Source: Diadema antillarum
Lineage: Eukaryota
NCBI RefSeq assembly: GCF_040938485.1
Contig: NW_027271029.1
Location: forward strand, 868,001 to 932,000
Length of the DNA: 64,000 nucleotides
Direction of reading: 5' to 3'
The position numbers and the translations under genes were made by a program. Below are positions 12,787-25,445 of the stretch, piece after piece. The notes under the pieces are model-generated. The model made no database searches and was not told the DNA's origin. It saw only the letters and a program-made list of their open reading frames with translations. Each line of letters begins with the position of its first letter. Position 1 is the stretch's first letter.

Positions 12787-13002
12787 CTAGAAGAGCTGGT
12801 ATGCCTTTGACATCGACCACATTCCTATTAGCAGGAAGCTGCCGTCCCAGCTCGCAATCGCACTGGCACCATTGCACAGTTCGCTGGTGCAGCAGTACCA
12901 ACAAGTGCCAGTCCCTGCCGCCATGGCACAGCCTGGATCGCATGACTGTGAGCAGTTCCGAGTGACATAAATCTTCTGGTCTATCTTGTAGCTGACTGCT
13001 TT
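12787..13002 (-). CDS. Ly6/uPAR three-finger gene, last coding exon (KAVSYKIDQKIYVTRNCSQSCDPGCAMAAGTGTCWYCCTSELCNGASAIASWDGSFLLIGMWSMSKAYQLF*)
   Basis: aaacag| phase-0 acceptor, CCxxxLCN Ly6 signature, small-residue omega region plus hydrophobic tail, TAG stop. Confidence 0.9.
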   Translation of the reverse strand, partial: KAVSYKIDQKIYVTRNCSQSCDPGCAMAAGTGTCWYCCTSELCNGASAIASWDGSFLLIGMWSMSKAYQLF

Positions 13003-13349
13003 CTGTTTGATATTCACCAAAAGAGAATCTGAATTTAGTCTAAGAATTTGTTGGGACACAAAATTACGATTTGTTTTCATTTGTTTCTTTGTTTTGCTGA
13101 AACAACACATCCATGGAGATACTAGTATTAACAATGGATTAGTTTTGGAAACCTCCTCTGTGATTAAATTTTCCAGTTCCCAGGTCAAGTTAGTGATTCA
13201 TCCATTCATAATTTTGAGAACCTCTACATTATCAATTTGAGTTACAGTATGTGAGTCTTAATTGAAGCACTGCACAAGTCACTAAAATGTCAAGAAATCT
13301 GAAGTTTTAGAAATGGCAATGCTTGGCATATCTGCTTAAGATATGAATA

Positions 13350-13534
13350 TACAATTAACCTTGCTTAAGTCGACCTCGCATAAGTCGAATAATCGCCCAA
13401 GTCAAAGGTCTTGTCAAGTCCTCTTCTCTTTATATTTTATTGGTTTTAATCCCACATACGTCAAATTTTTCTCTAAGTTGAAGCTATTTCTGCTGTGCAT
13501 ATAGATTCAACTTTAATAGGCGAGGTTGACTGTA
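13350..13534. mobile_element. TA-flanked MITE in a Ly6 intron
   Basis: tacaattaaccttgc at the left and gcgaggttgactgta at the right (imperfect TIR). Confidence 0.6.
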
Positions 13535-13872
13535 CACCCATTTCTCATCCTAAATACAGTTCTGATGCTGATGTTAGGAAACTTTAGAGGTGAAAGCATG
13601 TACCTAGTAAGTGTGAGTCTCAAAACATGTTATGTTACTTACCTGACTGAAATGACTGGATAATTTGCTCTGTTATCAAAATACAATATCAAATATGTAC
13701 AAAAATACTCTCATCTTAAAAGTTACAAATTTTTGAAGTTCAAAGAAATTAGCCCAGCAGAGAAACATTGCAAAAATACATAAAACAGTAATATACGACA
13801 TTTTGCACTGTATGACCTTTGATACTGGCTATCAAGTCATCTAAAGTATGGAAGAGATTGTGAGCAATTTAC

Positions 13873-14003
13873 CGTACAAACGTGATTGCATGGGACTGTG
13901 GCAATCTGGACAATGTCTTCCTCCATGGTTAGACTCTCCCCACAGTTAGTCACCTCCCCAACAGTCCCACGACACTCGTAGCAGGAGAAATTGTAGGATG
14001 CAT
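13873..14003 (-). CDS. Ly6 gene middle coding exon (ASYNFSCYECRGTVGEVTNCGESLTMEEDIVQIATVPCNHVCT)
   Basis: ttttcag| acceptor (phase 1) and ACG|gtaaat donor (phase 0). CYxC start of the three-finger fold. Confidence 0.9.
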
Positions 14004-15005
14004 CTGAAAATGAGGCATGGAAGAAACTTGGGAGAAATGCCATTGTCACTTGTACTCTGTCTGCTTGCTGTTACAATGAACAGAGTCAGTAAAGTTATAA
14101 CAATGAGGTGCTAATCTGGTAAATATCCCTCACATAGATAGAAGACCTGTGATCAAAAATATGGTCTGTGTATGAGTCATATTATTCTTAATAATTGCAT
14201 CATGATGCTCATTTTGTTTTGTTTTGTTGGGTTTTTTTTTTGGGGGGGGGGGCATGGTACAAGGTCTCTCAGTCTAACAGTAACACCCTTTTGGTTAGCC
14301 AAATCAATTTAGATTAATGTAGAAATACTTCTATTTCCAAATTTAAACAAATATCAATTTGAGCCTGCAGCTTTTTGATAAGTTATAGTTACCCAAGTGA
14401 AATCACTGCAAGCAATTCTTACTGCCTTCCCTTGACAATGTGTTGGCATCCACATCCAGTCATGAAAATGAAAGACATATATGCAAGCAACTTCAAGGCT
14501 CTATTCACACTTTCCTAGTAATCTGAGATTGCTTATATTTAGTATTTGGTACAGGGACAGTTGCTCCAAAACATAAAGCTACAAAGAATATCAGAATTCT
14601 TGTTTATGGCAGGTCAAAGCCATGCTGGAAGATCTAACGTGGGACTCCCTCCAAAGATGCCGTGCTATTGCCAGGCTAACACTAACTTACTAAGAAACTC
14701 ATATTTTAATCCCATCAAATATAAATCATCTCAAACGAAATGCCAGAACTGGACCAGTAACCAGACTAAACCAACCCTTGAATCACAACATCATTCCAAC
14801 CAATAAGGATTAAAATGAAATGTGCAAATAAAATTGATGTACTTTTAATTCTTGTTTGTCTGAAATACAATTTTAAAGTTCAGTAAGTGTGCAAAGTGTA
14901 CAGCGTCGGTTGGTGTAGTACAAACGAGATGAGACGAGACAAGAACGTGTCAACAAAGCTCAAGCACTGCAGAAAGATTCATTGAGAGCCATTCAAGAGT
15001 CTTAA

Positions 15006-15474
15006 AGGTCCTGTTTACCATGGGAGCAGTGATTTAAAAGATGTTCAAGATATCACATTTGATGCATGTGTAGGTCAGTTGTACCACAAAACATCCAGAA
15101 ATTCTGTAAAGGGGGAGGGGGCGCAACTAATATTTCTGGTGCCACTTCCGGTTTTAAAGGGGGGGGGGTGTGCCTCTAGCGCCCTCCCCCCCCCCCCCCC
15201 CCCCCCCCGCATCCGCTACTGCATCCTAACGTTACCATATAAAAAGTTTGCAATAAAGCCTAGTAGAATATATATCACTGTTTTCTCAATGAACCATAAC
15301 TGTGTAGAGGGTTTAGCCTGGAATCATTTTAATTTCAATTTTGATTATTGTTTACATTTTGTATATACAATGTAAATTTAACAATACTTAACATTGATTA
15401 GGGAGACTTCTAGAGCTATTTTGAAGCACTAATGCTGGGTTTTTCGTCTCATCTGCAAATGGTAAATTATGCCT
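15006..15474. mobile_element. TTAA-associated (Kolobok-like) MITE interrupted by a G/C-run element fragment (~15110-15222)
   Basis: ttaa|aggtcctgtttacc ... ggtaaattatgcct. The internal fragment ends gcatccgctactg, like the element at 22412. Confidence 0.5.
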
Positions 15475-15762
15475 TAAATTAGGTTTTAATAGATCTATCC
15501 TCTTATCCTACTAATATTTTTGCATATTATTGCACTTAGAAACACAAGTATCAAGCACGAGACACAAGTGTTATTTTCATTATTTATCATTATTATCATT
15601 ATTGATATGATGATGATCATCATCATTAACTGAATGTTAGCATTTGGTCTCTAGACTAGGGCAGGGGTCTACTACAGTTCATTGAGTTATGAGTTATATC
15701 TGAATGTGTGCCTAGTATTGTAAATGTGAATAATTTACGAAGTTTCATGCATGTTTTCTTAC

Positions 15763-15874
15763 TGTCACTCCCAGTCTCTAGGTATGCCGTTGCTTCAGAT
15801 CCATCAACTGAATCTGCATTGGCTCTTGAAAGCCGTAGCCACACAATCAGCATGATAAAAAGCGCAGTCATCAT
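15763..15874 (-). CDS. Ly6 gene first coding exon, signal peptide plus acidic linker (MMTALFIMLIVWLRLSRANA-DSVDGSEATAYLETGSD)
   Basis: Hydrophobic core with A-N-A cleavage context. GACA|gtaaga phase-1 donor, in frame with 14003. Acceptor tcttag| gives an exon start at 15915. Confidence 0.85.
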
Positions 15875-16288
15875 GAGCGTGTTCTTTCTGCTAGGCGGCC
15901 ATCTTACTTAGTCATCTAAGACATACAAGAAAAGGCGAGCATCACAAAACAAAAATATGAAAGATTAGATTCCCAGTCTGTTGTCATAATTATAGATAGA
16001 CTAGAGTGTCTACGTATTTAAACAATGTTTTATTGCTCTCTTACTTTCTCTCCCTCTCTCTAACAAACGTGTTTCAGATTCTACATACAAAACTGTACCC
16101 TGGGCCTGAACTCTCTTTATGATGATGAATTTTCTGAAGAGGATTCTACTTCTTGTAAGATGTCGAATATTTCCTAAGCAAGACAAGAAGCACCGTAGTC
16201 CGAGCGGACTAACTTGTAACTTACTTGTTGGTTAAATCTGCTAGATTTAACGTTACACATTGTACGAGAAATGAAGTCTGTACCTTAC

Positions 16289-16400
16289 CTGTGCTAGAGG
16301 CATTCCACACAAATTATATGGTAGCGATGAAAAAGCTGTAAAAGAGCGATGTCTTGTACAGCATCATCAAGGTCTTCATAACATTCTTGTAGCTTTAGGC
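16289..16400 (-). other. Probable 5' leader exon of the Ly6 gene
   Basis: Consensus donor CAG|gtaagg at 16289. All frames are closed when spliced to 15915. The 5' boundary is unknown. Confidence 0.55.
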
Positions 16401-19400
16401 GAGTTTATTACTGCATACATCGACCCGTTTTACACACGTCGCGCAACCTTTCATAGGGCCACAGCACATCGTTCCCATACGCACACGTGCACGTAAAGGC
16501 GCACAGCAGTACTCATATATATGCACCATGCACACACACACACACTGAGAGCTACTGTGCGGTATTTTGCAACCATCGTCGTCATCAGCATGCATTCTAG
16601 ATCGACCTCCGCAGCATGTACCAAACACAATACGCAAGGTGTCTGATGCACGAGAGCGAGAATCGCACATCGACAAGGGGCGCAGAATGGGGGTTTATTT
16701 TAGGCCCGTCTGCAGGCGGGGGGGGGGGGGGCAAACATGTTTATTATTATTTCGTAGAGCATTAGAAAAAACATGTATATTGGAAGCTCATCACCGAACA
16801 CGTAATGAAATGTAGGCGTATCGCAAACTGAATGCATCGGGAAAAACCAGCGCGAGGTTTATTTCGACATGCCGATTCATATCAGATGAAGATATGAACT
16901 TAGTGAAATGAAAAGCTCTAGTTCATTCCCCTTCTTCTCAGTTATATTCAGTGGTCATGCGTTTCCCTTGTATGTACAGGGTGTATGTGTGTAGGCCTAT
17001 GCTTCAGATGTTTTGATTTTTTATTATCAAAAATATTTAATCTATATTAGGGCCTATATATTTGTATTAAAAGTTTGTACAAGCTGTTCGACTTTCTTTC
17101 TTTGAGCAATGCACCATCAATAGAGAATGAAACGGTGACAATTTATGTAGCGACTGACAAAATATCTGAGGACAAATGGGCCATTGATGTCTCCCTGTAA
17201 TCACTCGGGAAGTGTGTTCAGTAATGTAGGCCTCTACCGGTAATAAGATTAGACACTCCCCCCCCCCCCCAAGAAAAAGAGCAACAACAATAACAATGGC
17301 AATCTAGGCCTATTTGCTAGGGCCCATCTTTTTCTTTTGCGTGCTGACATGTAGATTGATTTTGCTTTCTTCTTCTTCTTTTTTTTTGTCACAGCACTGA
17401 TTGAATACTAGGCCTGCTCTTTTCAGTTTAGTGCATCACTGAGATGTAGGCCTGATTAGGGCCTGGTCTTTTTTTCTGAGCCATTCTTCTATAGCCTAAC
17501 CTATATCACAAATTGATAGCAGTCACGTAATTAAGTTCAAATACTGGAATATAGAGCATTACCCCTCCCATGCCCCCCCCCCCTCAAAAAAAAAAGAGTA
17601 CACATCACCAACAGGCCTCACAGGTCGTTGTCTCATGCAGCGCCAGTCCAACGTAAATAGATCAGACTTTTGGCCGAAGGAATATCTATTGTTTTTGTTA
17701 AGAACCTTGTTATTTCATCTCGGTATACAGAACAAAAGGCAATAAAAACAACAGCACTACTTGATTAGCTTTAGGATATGCTTTGTCGCATTCTAACACG
17801 CCGGGCTGGTCTTCGGTTCGATTCTTAATCGAGCACTGTTCTCCAAAGAGTCCATGTATACAATATCTTAACGTCATCATTTTGAGGTGTCATAATCATG
17901 CCTGGGTGACAAGGAGATGTTGTGTATGGGCTTAAATCAACATGAATAGCTAAGTGCGCTTAGCAGGTAATGTTAGGTATATGCCTATGATAATTACGCC
18001 TCACTTCGCATTGATTGCAGCGACGGCAGAAACGCTATAAACCGGTCCTCATCACATCACATCAATTACTTTGCTTCATCATCTGATGAATTCATTACGA
18101 GCAATCGCCGTCTAGTTTTGAGTAATGGATGTCGGTTGGGGCTCTATGTGCGAGTGAGTAACAGCATCAAAATCACCGCCGAAATAACAGCAAGAAGAAA
18201 AGGGGAATTAATCTCATGATTGGTTTAGGACGCCAGGGTGTCCAGAAAATCTTACGTCATACGGGATAAAAAGTGTCCTGTAAAATTGCAGTTATAGAAG
18301 AGTAAGCAGATGAGATGCGGATAAAATAATCAAAAACTCGCTTTATGTATATACATTTAGTATATATTTCGACACGGGCACTTCATCTCTGTTATGCCAA
18401 TGATGGTTTTGTTCACATGGCCGGGTCTCTATTCCAGAGGGGTCTCTATCATGTCGTTTTGTCTTCGACAAGTTAAATTTAAACTTGATTTTCAGCAGTA
18501 TAGGTCAGGAGCCTTTTTATATGATTTACAATAAATGCATGAATTAAATCGGTTGATAATTGGGTTGGGACAGCCGAAAAAGAAAAAAATGATCTCAGAG
18601 CCATATCAGCATTATGGCAAAGGCCTTCGAAATTGTTTTGGATTACGGTACAGGCCACCATTTGCTCATCAATGACGATACTAGGATATAGGGATTGTAC
18701 GTTGATACTTATACGGTATTAGCTATATAATGGTACATTTTTCCCATTAGCGATGTCAAATTTTCATATACCATTACGATACCAACGCACTAGTAATGAA
18801 GTTCCCTATATCCCTGATCAATTTCTCTCTGCTTATTTATAACAATCCGTGCGTTGTCTTAGCTGAATTTGACCATGCAGGCAGGGACATTCAAGTGGAT
18901 ATAACAAGCGCCATCTGCGGATGAAGTTCTTTACTCGACATGCATTTGGCGGATTTATGTTTTGGTGTTTTTTCTATTTAATAATTCGATTGTATTTGAT
19001 TTTCCAGCAGAACAGACAAAAGTCCAATTCTTATACATCAATTGATAATCATACTTAGCACGATAACCTTTGTCAGGAATACAGTGGCATAATGAAAAAA
19101 AAATACTCCAATTCCCTCAATGGAATTGTCATCTTCTGGATTGCATCACTATAACTGCATTTAAAAATTTCTATTACATTGTCTTGTATTTTGCAGTCAT
19201 GATATTCATAATAGAATGATATGTTTCAACGTCTGAACAATATGAAACTGATAATGTCAATGTGTATGTTCACTGACTTTTCACTCTCGATATACCAGGC
19301 TTTAATCAGTTATAATGTATCTGCTTTTTTAATTCAAGAGGCAGCGTTACAATCTTGTCGATAAAAGGTTCGATGATTTTGAATCAGATTACAGAGATTA

Positions 19401-19706
19401 TACTTTGAAGAAAAAATGATATGGAAGAGCTTCGACGCATGCAGTGCTTTCCATCATCAATGAGACGAAAGGGATATCAGGTTTAAAGTTTATGATTGAA
19501 ATGAAAGCGATGAGGCGTTCGTGAGATAATGACCGGTATGATCAAATTACAGTAATGCAGCACATTATTTTCCCCCATGGAGGAGCACTCATAACTCTGT
19601 ATTGATATCATAATTGGTATATGGGAATATGCTTGACAGAACTGATATTCGTATCAGATCAGCAGGGAATACCGCAGTCATTGAACTATAAATTTTATCA
19701 GGATTT

Positions 19707-19870
19707 NNNNNNNNNNNNNNNNNNNNNNNNNNNNNNNNNNNNNNNNNNNNNNNNNNNNNNNNNNNNNNNNNNNNNNNNNNNNNNNNNNNNNNNNNNNNNN
19801 NNNNNNNNNNNNNNNNNNNNNNNNNNNNNNNNNNNNNNNNNNNNNNNNNNNNNNNNNNNNNNNNNNNNNT
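19707..19870. other. Assembly gap (164 N)
   Basis: Run of n. Confidence 1.
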
Positions 19871-22411
19871 CATTTGTGAAGTGTATAACATTAGAGTGAC
19901 ATGAGTAAAAGAGGTTTTCCTCATGACCCTATACTTTTGATTATATACAAGTACATGAATATATAGTTATAAGAAGAAAATTGTATAGTCTGTATGAAAA
20001 CAAATAAACTGTGAACATTGATATACAATTTATATGAATAACATCAGTGTTATATTAACGAAACATTAATGTACACTCAATTACTTACCGATGCCATAAA
20101 TCGTAGTACAAAAGAGAAAACCTTAACTGTTTGAATATTACAGCCGCTTAAGAGATTTGAAAAAAAAAAAGACACGAGGACATTGAAATGTATTGCCACT
20201 TGCTAAGAATTGAACTCAATCACTTTCTCATCAGACAGATAAAATGAATATTATCCTGGAAAAGATTATTTACTTTCTTCTTCTCTCAGAATGGAGCTCT
20301 CAGAAGAAATTCCCTTCCCCTTGAAGTGTTTACACACAGCAATGTCATATATATACTCATAATAATGCTTCATATACATTTACTTATTTTGAACGCTAAA
20401 TGAACTTGCAAACATCCGCGCTTGGACTGGGCAGAGTCGCAGTTTCCGGGATAGGCGAAACTATGATATCATTTAACATTATTTGGCAGATTTCGTTCCA
20501 TACGCAGGAAAACTTTCACTTTGTGATTAAAAAAAGTTCTGGAAAGTTTTATTTCTTTCCATGTCTTTACAATAAATATTGTGTAGGCTATTCGAAGCTT
20601 TCATGAAACTTCATGAAGCTATACATTGATATTGAACGTTTTATACATGTATTTCAATTTGGAACCATTCATACTGACCGACCTTATAACCAACAGGAAA
20701 AGCAAATTATTCGCGGATCACGCGCAACACACTCGCGCATACATATTCGGCAATTAGTAAGGCAGGTCAAAAAAAAATGAATAAATAAATAAAAGACCGT
20801 AATGGGAATGACATTACCTAATGACATTATTCATCATGTACATGATTAATAGTGAAGAAATTTCACTCGTCATGTTTTCGTTTTCTTTGTTTCATCGTAT
20901 AACTCACTTTCGGCTCTGTGTAACTTTTCTATTGTCGGTATTCGTGGGCATCCGTCGCCACCTTTGCAGAGATCACGACAGGAGCGAGTTTAATCCAATA
21001 GTTCAGGTCATAATTATTTAGAAGTCACATGGGAACGTGCTTGATTAATATTTCTGGAGGCTGCAGCGAAAGTACAGGGTTGGATGTCGTGACTCTTGAA
21101 TCCCTTTCCTTGCTTTTCAAGTCACCGAAAAGGCCAACATAAAGTGCTTTATAGACAAGGATGCGAGTAACACATCGGTGGTGGCGTTTCCCGCACTGTC
21201 AGTATGAGGACGCCAAATGGGTATTTTCTGAACTAAAGATGAATTTTCGATGGGCTGAATTTCGTTGCTTTTCATGAGAGGCAAACAAAATAATCGACAA
21301 ACTCTTAATCAATCACTATAGTTCTGTCTACCCCCCCCCCCTCCTCTAATTCAATTCAATTCCAAAATAAAAGTCCGAGGACTAACTGTATATTCATTTG
21401 GTTTGCATCAAATCTGACAACAAAATAATTAATTCAACTTTACAGCGCGGAAACACAAAGAAAAAGAAAATAGACCAAACTCGCACTTTACTCAGTAAAT
21501 ATTGATCCCCCCGAAAAAATATCGCACTATATTGCATTGTCATATCAAATAACACCATTCGAACATGAAAGAAAGTGCATGAACAAAAGGGAAATTGCAT
21601 AATGATTAATATGACACACGTTACTGGCTTCGACAAACGGTCACATTAGCACTTACTTCTTACTCTATTTACTCTATCATTTTGTCCAATGATTGAGCTT
21701 GACATCCTCATTTCACGCTCCGATTAACGATGTCTGCATAATATGTTACGTTGAGGGCGTTTCATTAATGATTTACTCGCCGCAAAACATCTCCTGTAGC
21801 AGTGTACTGGGGCTGATTCAGAAAAGGGTGCACATACGTGCCGTATTAGGTCTTGAATTCGTGGTATATTTGCGTTATCTTCCGGAAGGCATTGGACATG
21901 ACAGTAGAACGTATCACTGAGCTTTGAAGGTCACACTGTGAGAAAACACCTTCTGCTACGGCCACGGCGTTTCCTCGAGAGAGCATGCACCTGAGATCTG
22001 TGTGACCGAAAATCGGTAGGGAAATTTTCATCGGCCAGCAGGGACTATATAAATCAATGTTAAATCTGTAAGTATTTCATTACTTTTATCATTCTTTGCT
22101 CGTTCCGAAACATTTATACAAAAGTACACAAAAATACATTTTGCATAGAGTGCATTCAAACTGACATTATCAAGAATATGTTTCAATCTCGATGAATGTT
22201 TAATAACGTAACTCACAGCACTAAACAGTGCTAAACAGTAATTTGTTATCTACCTATTTCTTTACAAAACTCATTGATTGATTGATTTCTAACAACAGTT
22301 ACTGTCCTGTGAAATTGTGTTCAGAAGATAGAAATACTGGTTACGCAATTTCGTGTAGATCATTTGAGTAACAATCCATTACAATATCAATATAAGAAAC
22401 ATGATGGATTT

Positions 22412-22580
22412 CAGGGACGGATCCAGGAATTCCGTACAGGAGAGGCGCCTTTACAAAATTAAAGGGGGCACACGCGCCACCCCCCCCCCCCCCATTTTAT
22501 TCTTTTTATTTCTTTTGTCTAAACAAAAAAAAAAAATTAAGAGGGGCGCGCGCCCGTTGCGCCCTCTGGATCCGCCACTG
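22412..22580. mobile_element. Short G/C-run MITE (cagggacggatcc...ggatccgccactg)
   Basis: Imperfect TIR with gattt on both flanks. A partial second copy starts near 48958. Confidence 0.75.
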
Positions 22581-22792
22581 GATTTCTCCACAATATGTAG
22601 ACTTAATGATTCATTTGCCAGCCCTTTTATCAGTCGTGATAATACGAAATACCGGAGTATAGCCCATGATTATCATAGACCTTGCGGTTCTTTCCTTTCA
22701 AAGATCTATAGTTTCTGGGAGATGTTCATCACGTTTGGTAACCAAAGATTCATTTACTATCACTATCAAATGGTTACTGCAGACGTCTGTCG

Positions 22793-25445
22793 CAACGGCG
22801 TAGCCAGGATTTCATCTTAGGGGGGGGCGGTTAATCTGCGAGGGAGCGAAGCGACCGAGCCCGAGCGAGCGGAGCGAGCGAGGGGGGGGGGGGGAGGGTT
22901 TGGGAGGGGGGTGTCCCCCCTCCCACGGTAAGAACTTTTTGCATTTGGATGTTGTAAATGGTGCAATTTGATGCATGTTTTTGCGCGTTTTATCGACGTG
23001 AAACAGTCCCACTTGTTTATGGTAGCAGTTTATTTTGATGTAGGTTATTATTGAACAATTTGCCTATAAAATGGTATAATTTAGATACACTTCTTGTATT
23101 AATTCTTTTCACTGAATATCATGAATGCGACTGAACCCGAGCGAGCGGAGTGAGCGAGGGGGGAGGAGAGCGTGTGGGAGGGGGGTGTCCCCCCTCCCAC
23201 AGTAAGAACTTTTTGCATTTTGATGTTGCAAATGGTGCAATTTGATGCATGTTTTTGCGCGTTTTATCGACGTGAAACAGTCCCACTTGTTTATGGTATA
23301 GCAGTTTATTTTGATGTAGATTATCATTGAACAATTTGCCTATAAAATGGTATAATTTAGACACACTTCTTGTATTAATTCTTTTCACTGAATATTATGA
23401 ACGCGACTGAACCCGAGCGAGCGGAGCGAGAGAGGGGGTAGGGGAGGGTGTGGGAGGGGGGTGTCCCCCTCCCACAGTAAGAACTTTTTGCATTTTGATG
23501 TTGCAAATGGTGCAATTTGATGCATGTTTTTGCGCGTTTTATCGACGTGAAACAGTCCCACTTGTTTATGGTAGCAGTTTATTTTGATGTAGATTATTAT
23601 TGAACAATTTGCCTATAAAATGATATAATTTAGATACACTTCTTGTATTAATTCTTTTCACTGAATATTATGAACGCGACTGAACCCGAGCGAGCGGAGC
23701 AAGAGGGGGTAGGGGAGGGTGTGGGAGGGGGGTATCCCCCCTCCCACAGTAAGAACTTTTTGCATTTTGATGATGCAAATAGTGCAGTTTGATGCATGTT
23801 TTTGCGCGTTTTATCGACGTGAAACAGTCCCACTTGTTTATGGTAGCAGTTTATTTTAGTGTAGATTATTATTGAACAATTTGCCTATAAAATGGTATAA
23901 TTTAGATACACTTCTTGTATTAATTCTTTTCACTGAATATTATGAACGCGACTGAACCCGAGCGAGCGGAGCGAGCGAGGGGGTAGGGGAGGGTGTGGGA
24001 GGGGGGTATCCCCCCTCCCACGGTAAGAACTTTTTGCATTTTGATGTTGCAAATAGTGCAATTTGATGCATGTTTTTGCGCGTTTTATCGACGTGAAACA
24101 GTCCCACTTGTTTAAGGTAGCAGTATATTTTAGTACAGATTATTATTGAACAATTTGCCTATAAAATGGTATAATTTAGATACACTTCTTGTATTAATTC
24201 TTTTCACTGAATAATGAACGCGACTGAACCCGAGCGAGCGGAGCGAGCGAGGGGGTAGGGGAGGGTGTGGGAGGGGGGTGTCCCCCCTCCCACGGTGAGA
24301 ACTTTTTGCATTTTGATGTTGCAAATGGTGCAATTTAATGCATGTTTTTGCGTGTTTTAAAGAGTTGAAACAGTCCCACTTGTTTAAGGTTGCAGTATAT
24401 TTTAGTGTAGATTATTATTGAACAATTGCCTATAAAATGGTATGATTTAAATACACTAGTCTTCTTGTATTAATTCTTACACTGAATATCATGAACGCTG
24501 TCTGTTCAGCAATCAAACAGAAAAAGCATGCACACGAGGGTGTAGATAGGGGCATATCCCCTCCCACACGAAGGTGATTTTGCGTTTTCAGACCTGAAAT
24601 TCAGCGATCTGGTGCAAATTTTTGGTGCAATACTTTTTCATCGAAGTGTTAAAATCACGAAATTTAGCTCTTATTCCGAATGTGCACCATCTGTGCGTAT
24701 GTATAAAGTCTAGTGAGGTAGAGCTTAAGGGAAGGGGGATTCCTCCTCCCGCTCGCGGAGCTTTTGCGTTTTTAGAATTGAAATAAAGCGATCTGGGTAT
24801 AGCCACCGTCTACTTCTTTGCATGGCGGGGTGGGGGGGGGGGGGCGAGCAGGGAGAAGGCGTGGGCGAGTGTTATCTCCACCCTTCCCTTCCGATGGAGC
24901 TTTTATCTTTTTAAGGTTGAAATTGAGATATCTCGTATACGCATATTTGATGGACTCAACATTTGGGAAATCACCAAAAAAAAAAAAAAAAAAAAAACTG
25001 ATGGGGGGGGGGGCTGAGGGAGGAAAGGGTCGATTAAAAGGGGAAATTCCCCTTATACATGAGGGAACCTTCAGTTTTCGGAATATAAGTGGTAAGTCTT
25101 GTGCACTCAGAATTATTCAGAATTTTTTGTAAATCTAAAAAGTGTATACTTAGCTAGGGAAAGAGGCACAGAGGGGGAGGGTTTGGGAGGGGGATACCCC
25201 CTCCCAAGCACGAGAGATTTTGCATATTTTGAATTGAAATTCAACGATCTGGTGCACACTTTGAGTGAAATATTCAAAAAAAAATATCTTATTTGATGAA
25301 AGGTTGCAAAGGAGACCCGCTTTATGTGCATGCATACAGTATACACGCATTTTTTTTTCCGCCTCCCAAATCCCCGGTCCAAATCTTAGGGGGGGCGACC
25401 GCCCCCATCGCCCCCCCCCCCCCCCCCCCCCTGGCTACGCCAGTG
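22793..25445. mobile_element. 2.65-kb non-autonomous hAT-like element
   Basis: 8-bp TSD gtctgtcg at 22785-22792 and 25446-25453. TIR caacggcgtagccagg / cctggctacgccagtg. No transposase ORF. Confidence 0.9.
22861..24497. repeat. Tandem array of six ~272-276-bp units inside the hAT-like element
   Basis: ccgagcgagcggag anchors at 22861, 23137, 23413, 23686, 23958 and 24230. Confidence 0.95.

Noticed and set aside
19589-19924. ORFs spanning N runs (also 59252-59640)
   Set aside because: Artefacts of assembly gaps.
21846-22031. 61-aa - strand ORF in a GC-richer block
   Set aside because: No recognisable motif and no linked exons.
22812-24333. Recurrent similar ORFs (MGLFHVDKTRKNMHQ...)
   Set aside because: Translations of the ~273-bp tandem units; no transposase motifs.
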